Below are positions 12,525 through 24,720 of a stretch of DNA of 64,000 nucleotides, in pieces (position 1 is the stretch's first letter; each line of letters opens with the position of its first letter). The translations under genes were made by a program, and so were the position numbers. The notes under the pieces are model-generated. The model was not told the origin of the DNA. It saw nothing but the letters and a program-made list of their open reading frames with translations, and did no database searches. This stretch comes from Glaucostegus cemiculus (Eukaryota): contig CDPCPM010000033.1 in NCBI GenBank assembly GCA_976551045.1, positions 19,096,001 to 19,160,000 of the forward strand, read 5' to 3'.

Positions 12525-12872
12525 GAATCATAGACTCGTACAACATGGAAACAGGTCCTTTGACTCACCAAGACTGTGCTGAACATCATGCATCTATGTA
12601 AGATGACAATAAACTTGACTTCGACAAACTGATCCTATTTTATTCTCCTTACATTCCCATCTTCCCGGATCCTACCACTCACCTACACACTAGGAGCAAT
12701 TTACAGTGGCCAACTAACCGATCAACCCACATGCCTTCGGCACGTGTGAGGAAACTGGACCCCCTGGTGGAAACCAGCATACTCATAGGGAATGTGTACA
12801 AACTCAACACATACAGCAAACTGAACCTGAGTTGCTGGAGCTGTGAGGCAGCAATTCTATTAGCTGCATCAC
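12525..12872 (-). mobile_element. Older V-SINE (HE1-like) with CR1-type tail
   Basis: V domain (GAGGAAACTGGACCCCCTGGTGGAAACC on +), tRNA-like head near 12820-12872, CR1-like tail GAATCATAGA...ACAGGTCCTT. Confidence 0.75.
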
Positions 12873-13096
12873 AAGGTGGAGTGCAGATAGACAGATGATG
12901 GGAAGAGATGTGAGTCCTGACATCAAACTGTAAAACATTTTGATCACAGCACTGTATCTACTAAAATATAAAATGTTTGAAGAAAATGCAGCATTGATTA
13001 AACATAGTCATTTAATTCAGACCATGAGGCCAAAGAGCATTACAGGATTACAATCAAAAGTTGGATTAAAAATTTAGAAAATGTTTCAGAAACAGA

Positions 13097-13271
13097 AATC
13101 AGAATCAGGTTTGTTATCACTGACATATACCATGAAATTTGTTGTTTTGCAGCAGCAGTGCAATGCAAGACATAAAAATTACTATAAGTTACAAAAATAA
13201 ATAAATAGTGCAAAAGAGAAAAAGAGAGGTAGTGTTCATGGGTTTGTGGACTGTTCAGAAATTTGATGGCG
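13097..13271 (-). mobile_element. Non-LTR (probable Rex/Babar-type) 3' UTR with (AGAATC)n tail
   Basis: AATCAGAATCAGGTTTGTTATCACTGAC...GTTCAGAAATTTGATGGC; same family as 24469-24720 and 28198-28315. Confidence 0.7.
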
Positions 13272-13689
13272 TTGTTTGTTCAAATTTCTGTATAGCAGTT
13301 GGAACGTTTGAAATATGTTTTGAGTAAATTGTGAAAATAAAAGGCTGGTCCCAACAAAAGTTGCTGGAGCAGTGAGGGATGGTTGTAAAGATCCAACTGA
13401 TCACGAAGATCCCTTCGGGAAGGAGATCTGCTTCCTAGCCTACAGATGATATTTAGTTACCTCCTATCTGCCCTCTGAAGTAGCCGATGAAGCCACTCAG
13501 CAAAAGATGAGTAAATTTGAGCAAGAACTGACTTGGTAGTGAAATCCACAACCTAATTGGAAACATCAACCCTGAGCAGAGTTGCTTCATCTAAAGTTTG
13601 AGCTTCAAATCTGCAGCCAACATTTACCAACAGTCAAAGCCCTCAACTGGGCTCAGCAAAACCTACTAGTGCTGGAGTATTGATACCTC

Positions 13690-14860
13690 TTGAATGAACC
13701 ATTAGTTAAATTGTTCTTGAAAAGCTACTATACTGGCATCTCCCAACCATGTGGAAAGCTTCCCAATTATGTCCTGACAAATCCAACCAGTCAGTTAGGA
13801 ATGGGCAATAAATGCTGGCATTGCTAATGGCACCCAGATCCTGATAAACAAAAAAACCCAACTACAATTAATTTAATGGAAGATTCCCACTACATTTATA
13901 TCAAGATACACTTACTCATCAGCTCACCATGATTCAGTGTGGGTTCCACCAGTAGCACTCAACTCCAGACATTGCTACAGACTTAACCAAAACATGGGCA
14001 CAATAGGTGAACTCCAGTGATGATGTGAGTCTGGGTAACCTTGATAACAAGGCAGCATTTGACTGATAATGATGATAAACTCTGAGAAATGTGAGATCAC
14101 TGGAAGACAGGGGAAAGCTCTCTGTTTGCTGGAATCATATCTGGCATGAAGAAAGAAAGCTCTGGTCATTTCCAGCCAATGGTTTTAGACTCAATACCTC
14201 ATTACAGGACTTCAATGGGCAGCTGGCTTAGTTTGACAAAGTTGCATTGCTTCATTAGTAACTTCTCTTTCATTATTATATCCAAATGGTGCTGATCACT
14301 AATGATGGCACAAAGTTCACCTTCTTTGCAGCTTTCTCAGATTTTGAAGACATAACTGCTACCTGCAGCAAGACCTAAAGGACATTCAGGCTTGTGCTAG
14401 TAAATGCCAAGTGACAAATTCATCAATAAGACCTCAGCCAATGATCTTCCACAATAAAGTTAACCTGTACGATTGGTATGCTAGACAAGATTTTCACTGT
14501 ACCTCAGTGCAAGTGACAATAATAAACCAATACCAATATCATAACTATTTCCATCATTGAGTCCCACAGTGTCAATATCCTTGATAGGAGGAAGGTGGAA
14601 GGGTCAAAGATGACAAGGAAAATAAACTGGACCAGCTGCATAAACATCATGATCACCAGAGAAATTCAGTAGCTGGGTGTCCTACAGTAACACTTCATAT
14701 TTCATTGAACATGTTCCACCTGTAAAGCACACAGCAGACATGTGATAAAATGCTCTCTGGTAGCCTGGATGAATGAACTTGGAACAATCTCAAGGTAATT
14801 GACACTATCCAGGACAAAGCATTCAGCTTGATTGCCACCACTATGACTTAACTATCTACA
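13690..14860 (+). mobile_element. Second CR1/Jockey-group LINE family ('LINE-B'), decayed ORF2 with small nested tails
   Basis: Homologous to 29035-30608 and 62790-63672 (e.g. CAGCAAGACCTAAAGGACATTCAGGC, CCAGGACAAAGC..GCTTGATTG). Contains a LINE-B-type tail at ~13795-13856 and a Rex tail at ~14460-14540. Confidence 0.65.
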
Positions 14861-15959
14861 GTGAAAGAAACATTTCAAGGCTATACCAGTGCTTCCACAG
14901 TGGCGTCAGAGGCGGCCTGCAGTTTCTCCACTACCTGATATTACTGATAATCTTCAGTGACAAATGACTGCAGCCAAAGTGCTTCACCTACACACAAGTG
15001 CATGGTACAATTAAACGGCATCGGTAATGTACATTATTGCTGTGCTCCTGCTCCATTCTTCTTTGGCATGGCCAAGCTCCCCAGCAGGCTTATGAACTGC
15101 GTGAGCCGCACTGGCAGGTACCTATTTTATTTAAATTAATCACTAATTTGAGATCATAGGTGCGTCCAAGTAATCACAACATGATTCGCCATCTGATAGT
15201 AGGCTTTAACGAATTTCTACCCCAACCGTTTTAATCCTTGCTTTTAGAATATGTGAACACACGACAAAGCACATAAAGTAATTCAGCTTTTTTTAAAATG
15301 TTTGGTGCGGATAACAGCAGTCAGAAGATCCCTAAACCTGATTTAAAGGAAATGCAGTTAACTAGATTGAGTCAGAATGATACACTGGATACTTCCAGCC
15401 CACTTTAATCACTGGAACACTGGCCAGTTTTTCTGCTGCATTGCACTCTGAAAACTGCCATCAGAGGAGGGATTGGTCACTCCAAATCAGAGCTGCTGTG
15501 TAGGTCTCATTATTTTCATTGTGACACTGCTTCCAGCACAGTATATTGTACTGTCATTTTACTGTGTTTAGTTAGAATCTGTTTTTCTTGTATCTAACTG
15601 ATCTACAATTGACTTTATCCAGCTGTGCTCAGAACTCAGATTTAGTTGCAATAAGAAGCTAAAGTCCACCTTAAATTAGAGAAATGTGCTGTAGCAGAGT
15701 GAACCCTGTTGCGTTAAGAATGCTATCACTTTGACTGCTGTACAACCTCATTGAGCTGTCTCTCATAGATGTACACACTCACAAAGACTGCTCACTGACA
15801 GATAAAACAAGCACATATGTTCACTGCTTAGTAATGTGTAATGCCAGACTCAACAGATGGCACTGTGAGATGGAAGACACAGAGAGCAGGACAACTTGAA
15901 TATTAGTAGCAAAAGAGTGGTTCGGATATTTAATAAAAATAAATTTTGAATGCAATTTC

Positions 15960-16360
15960 ACAGGGACTGTACTGTATCAGAGAGAGATTACACCTACAGA
16001 AGAGATTGAAAGGTTTGGGTATTTTTAAAGGAAAAAGCGGATGTGAAATTGGTAATACTTAAAATTAATATTAAGTTGTCAAGGGTATACGTGGAGGGAA
16101 TGCTTCCCTTTGCAGGAGAGTCCAATACTAAGATATTTATCATTTAATCCAAGGGGATTTTTTTTTAACTTAGAGTGGTTCGAAATGAGGCAAGTGGCTT
16201 TGATGTTTTCAAAGGAATTGAGACGTGCATAAGAGCAAAGGGAATTGAAATCAAGGCTGATAAAGTGAGTTGAGGTAGATGGGAAAAAAGACAATTGGGG
16301 TTTAACACCTTCACAAACTAATCAGTCTGAATGATAGTTCCTACGCATCAGCTTTTCAAT
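15960..16360 (+). mobile_element. Very old CR1 3' end
   Basis: Degenerate Y..RL..LG, MLPFAGES..R, FF..RVV and FK.ELR segments in CR1 order. Confidence 0.55.
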
Positions 16361-19300
16361 TCTCTATAACGTTATTACAACTTATAACAGAATAAGAGTT
16401 GTGATTTTAAAACAATGTATAAGGCAGTTTTACCATTCATTGTTTTCATGTCAGCAATGTGTGGATGCAGTGATTAGTGCCTGTTGATGTTGCCTGTTGG
16501 AAGTGTCATTTTCAAACCATGAAGCTTTTACAATGTGATGAAGAGAACTCACAATAACTTTGTTTTCCTTTCACCATGCCCTAATTGATTTTCCTCCTCA
16601 CTCTACCCTTTCTTGTATCTTCAATGGGACTCCAGAAGATTGCAAGTTCCTTTTGAATCTGAACATGCTGGGTCTTGGTTTGGGATGGAAGTTAGGGGCT
16701 CTGTACACCCCTCACTCCAGCATCCATATTAGAAAAAGAACAGTCAAGGGAAGCACTTCCAACCATCAACAAGTGCATCATTAGAAGCCAATGAATTAGA
16801 GGAAAGGTGGAGTGTCCAGGCTCAGATCATAGCCTGAGTTCTCAAAGATTGGAGAATCATTTTATTTTAAAGTTACACCTTACTTATGAAGAGGAAAAAT
16901 TTGTGAGGTCATGAAGCCACTTCTGAGTGGGAGAATACTACTGGCATTAAAAACCTGTTTCTTTGTGACCTCATTCCCCTACTTTGTAAACTTCAGTTAC
17001 ATTACCAGAGTCATCTCTAGATTCAAAATTAGGGTTTGTAAGTATATTATTTGAAGAGAGTGCATTCATTGTATGCTTGAGTAATCTTGGGTCTTAGCTT
17101 CACAACAGAAAATGCCTCCTGATGGATCAGGAGAACAGTTGTAATTTATAAAGTACAAAAATCCTTCTGGAAGCCAGTAATTTTTCAAATGATTTTGGTG
17201 AAATCCTCAGAATGAGCACTGCTTCAACTTAACATTTATAACATGAAACGTGTATAATTGAAAGTGTTTCTACAGATTAAAAATGAAAGTGGTAATAGAC
17301 ATCAGAAATAAACTGAATTTATCTTTTAATGTTTTTATTCATACTTGCTTTTAAGTTTGTTTCACTGAAACTACAAAGAAATTCTTTCACTAAATATACT
17401 ACCATCTGTTTGTGATCTGAATTTACAAAGATTATGGTCCATGTAATAAAAGTTTGATTGTGTTTTTGCACAAGTTTTGTTTATTAAAGGATAGCATGGT
17501 AAACTCAGAATTAAATGTGGAATTTTAAAATAATTGTAGTTGTCAGTACCCTCTACTTTGTGAGTTTTATCCCTCGTTCTTTGTTAGATATGCCTTGCAC
17601 CAATCTGTTTTCTGAAGTGAAATTCTCCCTTCATATTTGCCATTGTCTTTCTTTACATGAAGTGGTGGTGGAAATCTAAACATTCCTCAAAATTCTGCTG
17701 TTATATGTGAAAAATCCCAAACATCTAGAAAAGATAATTGTGAATTTAATAATATTCATACTAACATTGATTCAGTTACAAAGAAGTTAGTGCAAGTATG
17801 TTACTTGGCATGATTAAGATTGATGAATTCATCTGTTAGAACGGGCACATTTTTGATTCACTATCCAAGAGTAAATTTTTCAGGGAAAGTCTCGCTTTTA
17901 AAGTATAAGCTTGCAGAAATCTTTCTATGGATGGGCAAAAATTGCTTAAATTTTAATGACATATAACTGCATGCAGCCATAAGAACTTAGAATACAATAT
18001 TTACACCAGCTGTTCTATTAAAATATTAAGCAAGCAAATGGGAAAATATGGGATTATACTCAGATCATAAAATCTATACCCACACACAAAATAATTCCAT
18101 GTTTCTTAGAAAGTGGGAAATGTTTAAGATTCGACATTAGTGAATCTGTGTATTGCTTAATATTATTAAACCAAAATAATACCTTCTTCCATATCATTTC
18201 TAAGGCCACAAATGAATACAACATTCCTGCACCAGTTTGTTGTCGTGATTACATACTTTATTGCTTTAACATATTAATATCATTTCTAAGTTATGAAAAA
18301 TGCAAGGAAATTATACTAAACACCTTGCAGTAGAAATACAAACAAACCCCTCCCCCACACCATACTGAAATGGATTCATCAGCATCAGGCAGTCATTGCC
18401 AGAATGTGCCAACAAATTACTGCTGCTGCTGGATTTTGAATGAGTTATTCCTATTCTGCATTTAGATAAAATTGTGACCAGAAGAATAAAGGGGAATTTG
18501 ACACGTCACTATATGTTATTGATTAGTAAAAATTTAGGAATCCGAAGAAATCCATAGAGCAGAAGAGGTGTGTATCGTATTGTGTTGATCTAATCCATTA
18601 TCAGCAGAGCTGGATAGTGTCAAGTGCCATTCATCTGCCTCCCCTGGGGTTTGTTTAAACAAAGAGGAAGAACCAAGCCAAGACAGATTTATAGCCACGC
18701 TGTTCCCTGCAGTACATGGTTAACAGTTTAATTATCCAGGTTCAACTGTCAGTTGTGAAGGAACTTCTCAAATTTCAAGACAATGGGTTACACTGTGGCA
18801 GTGAACTGATGGTAGAGTATGTTCTTGGTGTCAGTATTTTAAGAAGATTATATTTCTGAAGGCAGTGGCACATTGTTTCCACTTGTCAGCTGCGCGTAAA
18901 GCTTGCTGAATTGCTCATGTTTTTGCTGTAGACGTCTTTAATAGCCTTGCAGGAACTTATTTTGTTGAGATATAAGTTCTGTGAAGAAAACATTAAATCA
19001 GTAGATTGGAATAGATTGGGTGTCCTCATTTAGAGATGATCGTGAGCCTGGCTGATGTCTTGCAATCCTTGTTAAAGTAAAGAAGTGGGTGAACTTGTAA
19101 TCTTCAGATATCAGGAGCAATACTGCAGAAAAGAACTTAGGGGGACAAGTTCAACATCATTTTGCCTGTTTTTAGGTGGAAAATGTTGGAAAACAATCAA
19201 GTTCAGACCATTCTATCTGCAGCCAAAGTTCTGGGGTAACTTCTACTTACCCAGTTGACCTGACTGAAACTGATGTCAAATTAGGCAGCAGCATTGCTCA

Positions 19301-20059
19301 GCTATAGCGAGCCTTAAAGGAACAGCTGAATTGCGGTGAGGATGAGCAGCTTTAATGTTTTCACTTGTTTGGGAGTAGGGGGAGCAGTGGTGCTCCATCA
19401 ATACTGCTGTCCAGTGTCAGCCTCCACCCCATCTGCATTCAGCTCTCTACTGTGAGCTTTGGGTATGAGCAAGTTAACTTAAGAAAGGACCCATTCACCT
19501 GCTTGGCAATATATTTTAGGAGTTTGGTAAATTGGGATGTCTCTGACTTATCTGCGTTCAGTGTCCATCATCATTTGGCACATGACCTCATGCAGAGTTT
19601 TTCCAACTTCATTTGTACACTTTTCAACAATAATGCAATGCCTGATAGCACATATCACACTTCCACATCCTGCACATGCCAAACCTGGCCACTATCCAGA
19701 TGTTACTGTGCAAGCTTAGATTGCATTCTGACAGATTCAAAGGGACTTACAGGTGTCATAGCCACCCAGAACCCCCCTCCCAACCCACAGTTGATTACTG
19801 GGTATGTTGATGTACTGAACCAGGGGAGGATCAGTGGTTCCAAGGAGCACAAACTTACAGTCCTCTTTCAAGATTATAACATTCATGTTTCCACCACTGC
19901 CAGCCTGCCAGCGCCTTGGCTACTGTCTGTCAGGTGGCCATGCCAGACTGTCCACTGCTCATATGCACAATCCACAGCTCTGCATTTTAGGCCCAGTACT
20001 GCTCGTAATCATCATCTGAGTCCATCAGTGACCTCCTTCACTGCAAGTGAACAGACACA

Positions 20060-20320
20060 ATCAGGAGGGAAATATGGTCATATGGCCTGTTGTATTTATC
20101 TAGCTGGTCCTGTTATTGTTCTGGTCATTAGTAACCTCAAGAAGTTGATAGTGGTGAATGATGGTTACGCATTTGACTGTCAAGTCCAGAACTTCCTTTA
20201 TGACTCGTTATAGTTGAGCATATCTATTGCCTAATTTGACATCAGCCTTTGCCTGAATGTTGCCAAGGTCTTCTTTAGTGTTGTCTTAGGTTGTTTTATT
20301 CCCTGAGGATTGGGACAGCA
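20060..20320 (-). mobile_element. LINE-B RT fragment
   Basis: Reverse complement GAAGACCTTGGCAACATTCAGGCAAAGGCTGAT...CTTGACAGTCAAATGC...GAGGTTACTAATGACCAG..GGACCAGC aligns to 14370-14640 and 62885-63065. Confidence 0.6.
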
Positions 20321-20420
20321 ATTTTAAGCGTGAACAAATATGATGAGAAATAGGAATGCTCCCATTATCTTCACGAATGAGGGTTCTCACTGTCTGTCTC
20401 ACCGTTGAAATGAAAGGAAA

Positions 20421-20659
20421 GAAAGACTTGCATTTTTATATTATCTTTTTCTGTTCTTGAGCCAAAGAAGTTCTTTTGAAGTGTGGTCACTTTTGTAAGG
20501 CATGGAACATTTCAGCCAATTAGTGCACAACAAGCTCCCACAAAGAGAAATGTGATTCCAGTCCAATAGTGTGGCTTCAGTAATACTTGAGGAATTACCA
20601 TTGAACAGGAAACTAGGGACATCTGCTCTTCTTTGAAATAACCTAGTAGTATCTTTTAC
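20421..20659 (-). mobile_element. Deu-SINE, 3' half (continues at 22393-22545)
   Basis: GAAAGACTTGCATTT...TTTGAAGTGTGGTCACT...CAGCCAATTAGTGCACAACAAGCTCCCACAAA...ATCTTTTAC. Confidence 0.75.
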
Positions 20660-20950
20660 CAAGGTTTTTGGCAAGATCCCACATGACAAGTTGGGCAAAA
20701 ATATAAATGCTAAGGGATGCAACAATGGCTTCAGTGGCAGAAAGTAAATGTTAATGGCTTATAGATGTTTTTTTGACAGGAAGGTTTTTAGGACTGGAGT
20801 TCCACAGGGGAGGTTCAACAAAGCAAGGCAATATCCAATAAATGACAGGATATCGACTGGTATGAAAAGACAATGAAGTGGAAATCCACAGATCGTTAAA
20901 GTTTGTTGGACAGTTTGTTGAGCTGCTTTTTGTAAAATATATTCATAATG

Positions 20951-21260
20951 GGGGCAGGCATGGTAGTGTAGTGGTTAACACAATACTATTACTGCGCTGG
21001 TGACCCAGGTTCAATTCCAGCCACTGTCTGTAAGGATTTTTTACATTCTCCCCGTGTCTGCCTGGGTTTCCTCTGGGTGCTCTGGTTTCCTCCCACATTC
21101 CAAAGATGTACAGGCTAGGAAGTTGTGGCATGATCTCTTGGCACCGGAAGCATGGTGACATTTGCGGGCTGCCTCAGAACACTCTATGCAGAAGATTCAT
21201 TTCATTATGTATTTTGATGTACAAGTGACTAATAAAGGTATCTTTTCTTGTCTTATCTTA
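20951..21260 (+). mobile_element. V-SINE with Rex-like 3' tail and (TCTTA)n end
   Basis: A box TAGTGTAGTGG, B box GGTTCAATTCC, V domain GGGTTTCCTCTGGGTGCTCTGGTTTCCTCCCACATTCC; homologous to 33615-33921 and 39063-39362. Confidence 0.9.
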
Positions 21261-21369
21261 TATAAACCTATGTATAGGAGATATAAGATGCAGATGATAC
21301 TGATATCAGCTAAAAATTAGACAGTAAGGACAAAACCTTTAGGCTGTGGGGAATATTTCTATATTCCAA

Positions 21370-21701
21370 TACAACATAGGAGACCATTCAGTGAATGTCT
21401 GCCAGCTCAGAACTTTCCCATTTACCCACTAACTTTTCCTTCTGCCTATTCTTCCTAAATACCATTAGTGGTCCCCAGAGTCTACCATTTACCAATGCAC
21501 TAGAGACAATTTGCAGTAACCAATTAACTTACCAACATACACTCTTTGGGATGTGGGTGGAAACCAGAGCACCCAGAATGAGCCCATGTGGTCCCAGAGA
21601 GCATGTACAAACTCCACACAGATGGTACCACAGGTCAGGATTGAACCTGGTTAGCTGGTGTTGTGAGGTGACAGCTCCAGAAGCGGCACCATTGTGCCAC
21701 C
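21370..21701 (-). mobile_element. Older V-SINE (HE1-like)
   Basis: TTTGGGATGTGGGTGGAAACCAGAGCACCCAG (V domain in reverse) and B box GGATTGAACC on +. Confidence 0.8.
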
Positions 21702-22392
21702 ATTGCGGCAAATAGAATTTAATCCAGGGATGTGTCCGGTAATTCATGTGAGGAGGTGCAACAAGGCATGTCTAATAAATGGCTGCATGTTTGAGTGGGG
21801 TGGAGGGACATGAGATTATAAAGCCATAGATCCTTACAGATCAATATCATGGCACAAAAGATGCTTTCCTTTATTAGTCAAACAAAAGAATATAATAGCA
21901 GGAGGTTATGCTCAGACTGCAGGCCAACACCAGTTAGACCACAGCTTGAGAAATGCATGCATTTGTGGTCACAACAATACAGGAAAGGTATGATTCATTG
22001 CAGAGGAGGACTATTTGGAAAAGCCAAGGCAGTTTCCTGTGGAAGAAAAGAGATTGACAAGAGATTTAATTGAGAGGGGACTAGGAAGGACCTGTTTCCC
22101 TTACTCGTGAGATCAAAACCAGAAGGCATAGATTTAAATAATTGATACAAAGATTAGATGTGAGAAAAGAATAGTGTTTTTGCAGAGAGGTGGCAGGGCT
22201 TGTAACTCACTGTGGGAAAAGTCATCAAAGGTAGAACCTACCTCATGTTTAGACTGCACTTGGACATGTACTTTAAGAGCAATGACCTGCAAAGCTAAGA
22301 CCTTCTGCTGGAAAGCTCTTTTTTGACTGCCACAAAGACTTGTTGAACTAAGTTTTGTTTCAAACGTGTTCTATGATTTCCTTTGATTTTAC

Positions 22393-22545
22393 TACAACCT
22401 GAGACAGCAGGTATGCCTTAGTTTAAAGCCATATCTGATATGGTAATTCCAACATTGTAGAAGTTTCTCATCACTGCACCAACTGTTGGCCTAGAGTTTG
22501 TATTTTAGTGTCTGAAGAAGGTCATGAACCCACAACCACCTGTGA
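22393..22545 (-). mobile_element. Deu-SINE, 5' half
   Basis: CAACCTGAGACAGCAG..GCCTTAGTTTAAAGCCATATCTGA...GAACCCACAACC continues 20421-20659 in register; compare the uninterrupted copy at 8800-8960. Confidence 0.7.
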
Positions 22546-22734
22546 AAGTTGAGTGATCACTCAATGTCTTAAAGTTGTTGCACTCACAGAATGATAACTT
22601 TGCTGCATTCCAGTCTAAGTACTTTCCAACAATGGCTTATCTATTAATTATTGTTAGTTAATTACTGACACTGAAAATGACCTGTTTTTAATGAGTAACC
22701 AAGGGGCCTCAGAGTGCCTCTCCATAAGGCTCTG

Positions 22735-22886
22735 CAAGTAGCAGAAGAGATGGAGAAAGTGGTTAAGATGATATATGGGACACTCACCTTTATTGGGGGA
22801 GGCCTACAATATAACAATAGGAAGGTTAGGGTAGAATTGTTTAAAGCACTCTTTAGGTCACAGCTAGATCCCTCTGCATAGTTCTC
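22735..22886 (+). mobile_element. CR1 ORF2 fragment
   Basis: KVVK..YG.L.FI..G..Y....V...LFKAL.RSQL motif. Confidence 0.6.
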
Positions 22887-24468
22887 TTTTTTTTAACTAT
22901 TTCTGGGTCTGGTGATTAATGAACAATCCTTCTAATAGAAGAAGCTGTCAGAGGCCATCAGGTGCTCAGCTGGTGCTGACTGAGGCCTACTCACCACTTA
23001 TGGCCAACTCTACTTCATGGAATAGCTATGGTGGTGAGGTCTGACGGGAGCCGTAAACAGTTGGTACATCTGCAGGGCTAGTGCAGGAAGTGACCACATG
23101 CCCTCAGCTGGGCCCAGTGCAATATGGTCCAATATTTCAAGTTTAGCCAGTGTGGACCTGATAGTTTGAATGGCCTGCTTTGCTATGATATTTTTCTGAT
23201 TCATTGAAGGCATATTCTTTACTGCCTTAGTTTGCTCTCCCTGCTCATGCCTCCATTATAAACATAGAATTTCTGCACCTTTCATGTATTTTCTGAGGGG
23301 CTTTTCTGTTGGGGGTGTGTGGTCTCACACAAAATGTGCAAAACACAACCATACACCTCAATTCTGTTTTAATATGGAGTCTTTAATTTCGACAAAGTTC
23401 CATATTTTGTGAACTGAGCTTGTTCATTTCAAATTAGTTCTCTTGTGCTTATTGTTACCAGGAAAGGATTCCTTCAGTTTATAATGTTCTAATTCTTCCT
23501 GCTATTCCATTAAAATCAATGGGAATTCCCTTCAGTGCTTCCCTCTCACTGCACTTAATGAGAGTAAAGAAAAATAAAAAATCAATACCAAAAGTTATCA
23601 GATAACGTCGACAAGGACATGGCAGTATCTACTAATTTGTCACCAACTATCTAATGCAGGCTTTGGCTCAGCTGCCGATCAAAGTCAAAGAAGCACCATC
23701 CATCTGTTCAGAGGTAGCAATTACACAGTGGTTTTATCTGCTCAATCAGGCCTGCAGCCATTCTCCACTTTGGAGATGACAAGGCCAATGTCAATCAAAG
23801 CGAACATAGCCTACAACCTATACCAGCAGCCAATTGCAGAGTGTGCCGGGAATACCTGCAGTATTTGTTGACCTGCTTTCTGTAGCTGTGCCAGACAGAT
23901 GATTTTACTGACCAGGTCCAAGTGTTTAAATTGTTTTCTCATTAATTATTAATTGTATCATTCAAGCAGGTTCAATTTTATGGCGCTGTTAGACTCACCA
24001 AACTGCGATGGGACTGTTGATAGCTTCAATGTGTCAAATACTTACTGTTCTAAATTGGTCAACAGCTTCACTTGTAAGCTTCCTATTTCAACATTATTGG
24101 AGTGTAATGATGAATGGTATAAATCCAAAAGACTTTGTAATAATGGGTTTGTAATAATACTTTATTTGAGAGTGAGCAATAATGGTAAAAAATAACTTGT
24201 GAGAAAACATGATGCTGCTACTTATTTAGGCTTAGTGTTGGTATTATGGTCAGGTTTGCTATCTACTTTAGCATTGCAGCATCATACTCAAACTATGATA
24301 CTATTCTGTGAAAATCCTTTCTGGTGCCATTGAAAACATTTTCCTTTTACCCCAGTTATCCACAATATTTATAAACTAGAATGTTCTGAGGAAGAAAACG
24401 CAATAATGCAGAGAACTGATGTCTCCAATTCCTTTCAGTTGTTTTCTTGAAAAGAATGCAGTGGTTTA

Positions 24469-24720
24469 AATCAGAATCAAAATCAGAACCAGAATCAGAA
24501 TCAGGTTTATTATCACTGTTGTGAAATGTTGTGAAATTTGTTTTTAAAATTGAAATTATCACTGTTGTGAAATGTTGTGAGATTTGTTGTTTTGCGGCAG
24601 CAATACAGTGTAAGACATAAAAATTACTGTAAGTTACAAAAATAAATATGTAGTGCAAAAAAGGAATAACAACGTAGCGTTCATGGATTTATGGACTGTT
24701 CAGAAATCTGATGGCAGAGG
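24469..24720 (-). mobile_element. Non-LTR 3' UTR with (AGAATC)n tail and an internal 34-bp duplication
   Basis: Same family as 13097-13271. ATTATCACTGTTGTGAAATGTTGTGA(A/G)ATTTGTT occurs at 24509-24542 and 24555-24588. Confidence 0.75.

Larger units (their letters stand above)
20660..22386 (+). mobile_element. Decayed CR1 inserted into the Deu-SINE and hosting two V-SINEs
   Basis: AAGGTTTTTGGCAAGATCCCACAT (K.F.K.PH), GGAGTTCCACAGGG (GVPQG), GCAGATGATAC (ADD), ORF 21849-22073 VRPQLEKCMHLWS. Candidate TSD TTTTAC (20654-20659, 22387-22392). Confidence 0.7.

Noticed and set aside
19365-20213. Longest ORF (282 aa) as a host gene or transposase
   Set aside because: Starts at TTG, has no recognisable domain and a random-like S/C/H/T-rich composition, and its 3' part is the antisense strand of a LINE-B fragment. 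Most likely a chance ORF.
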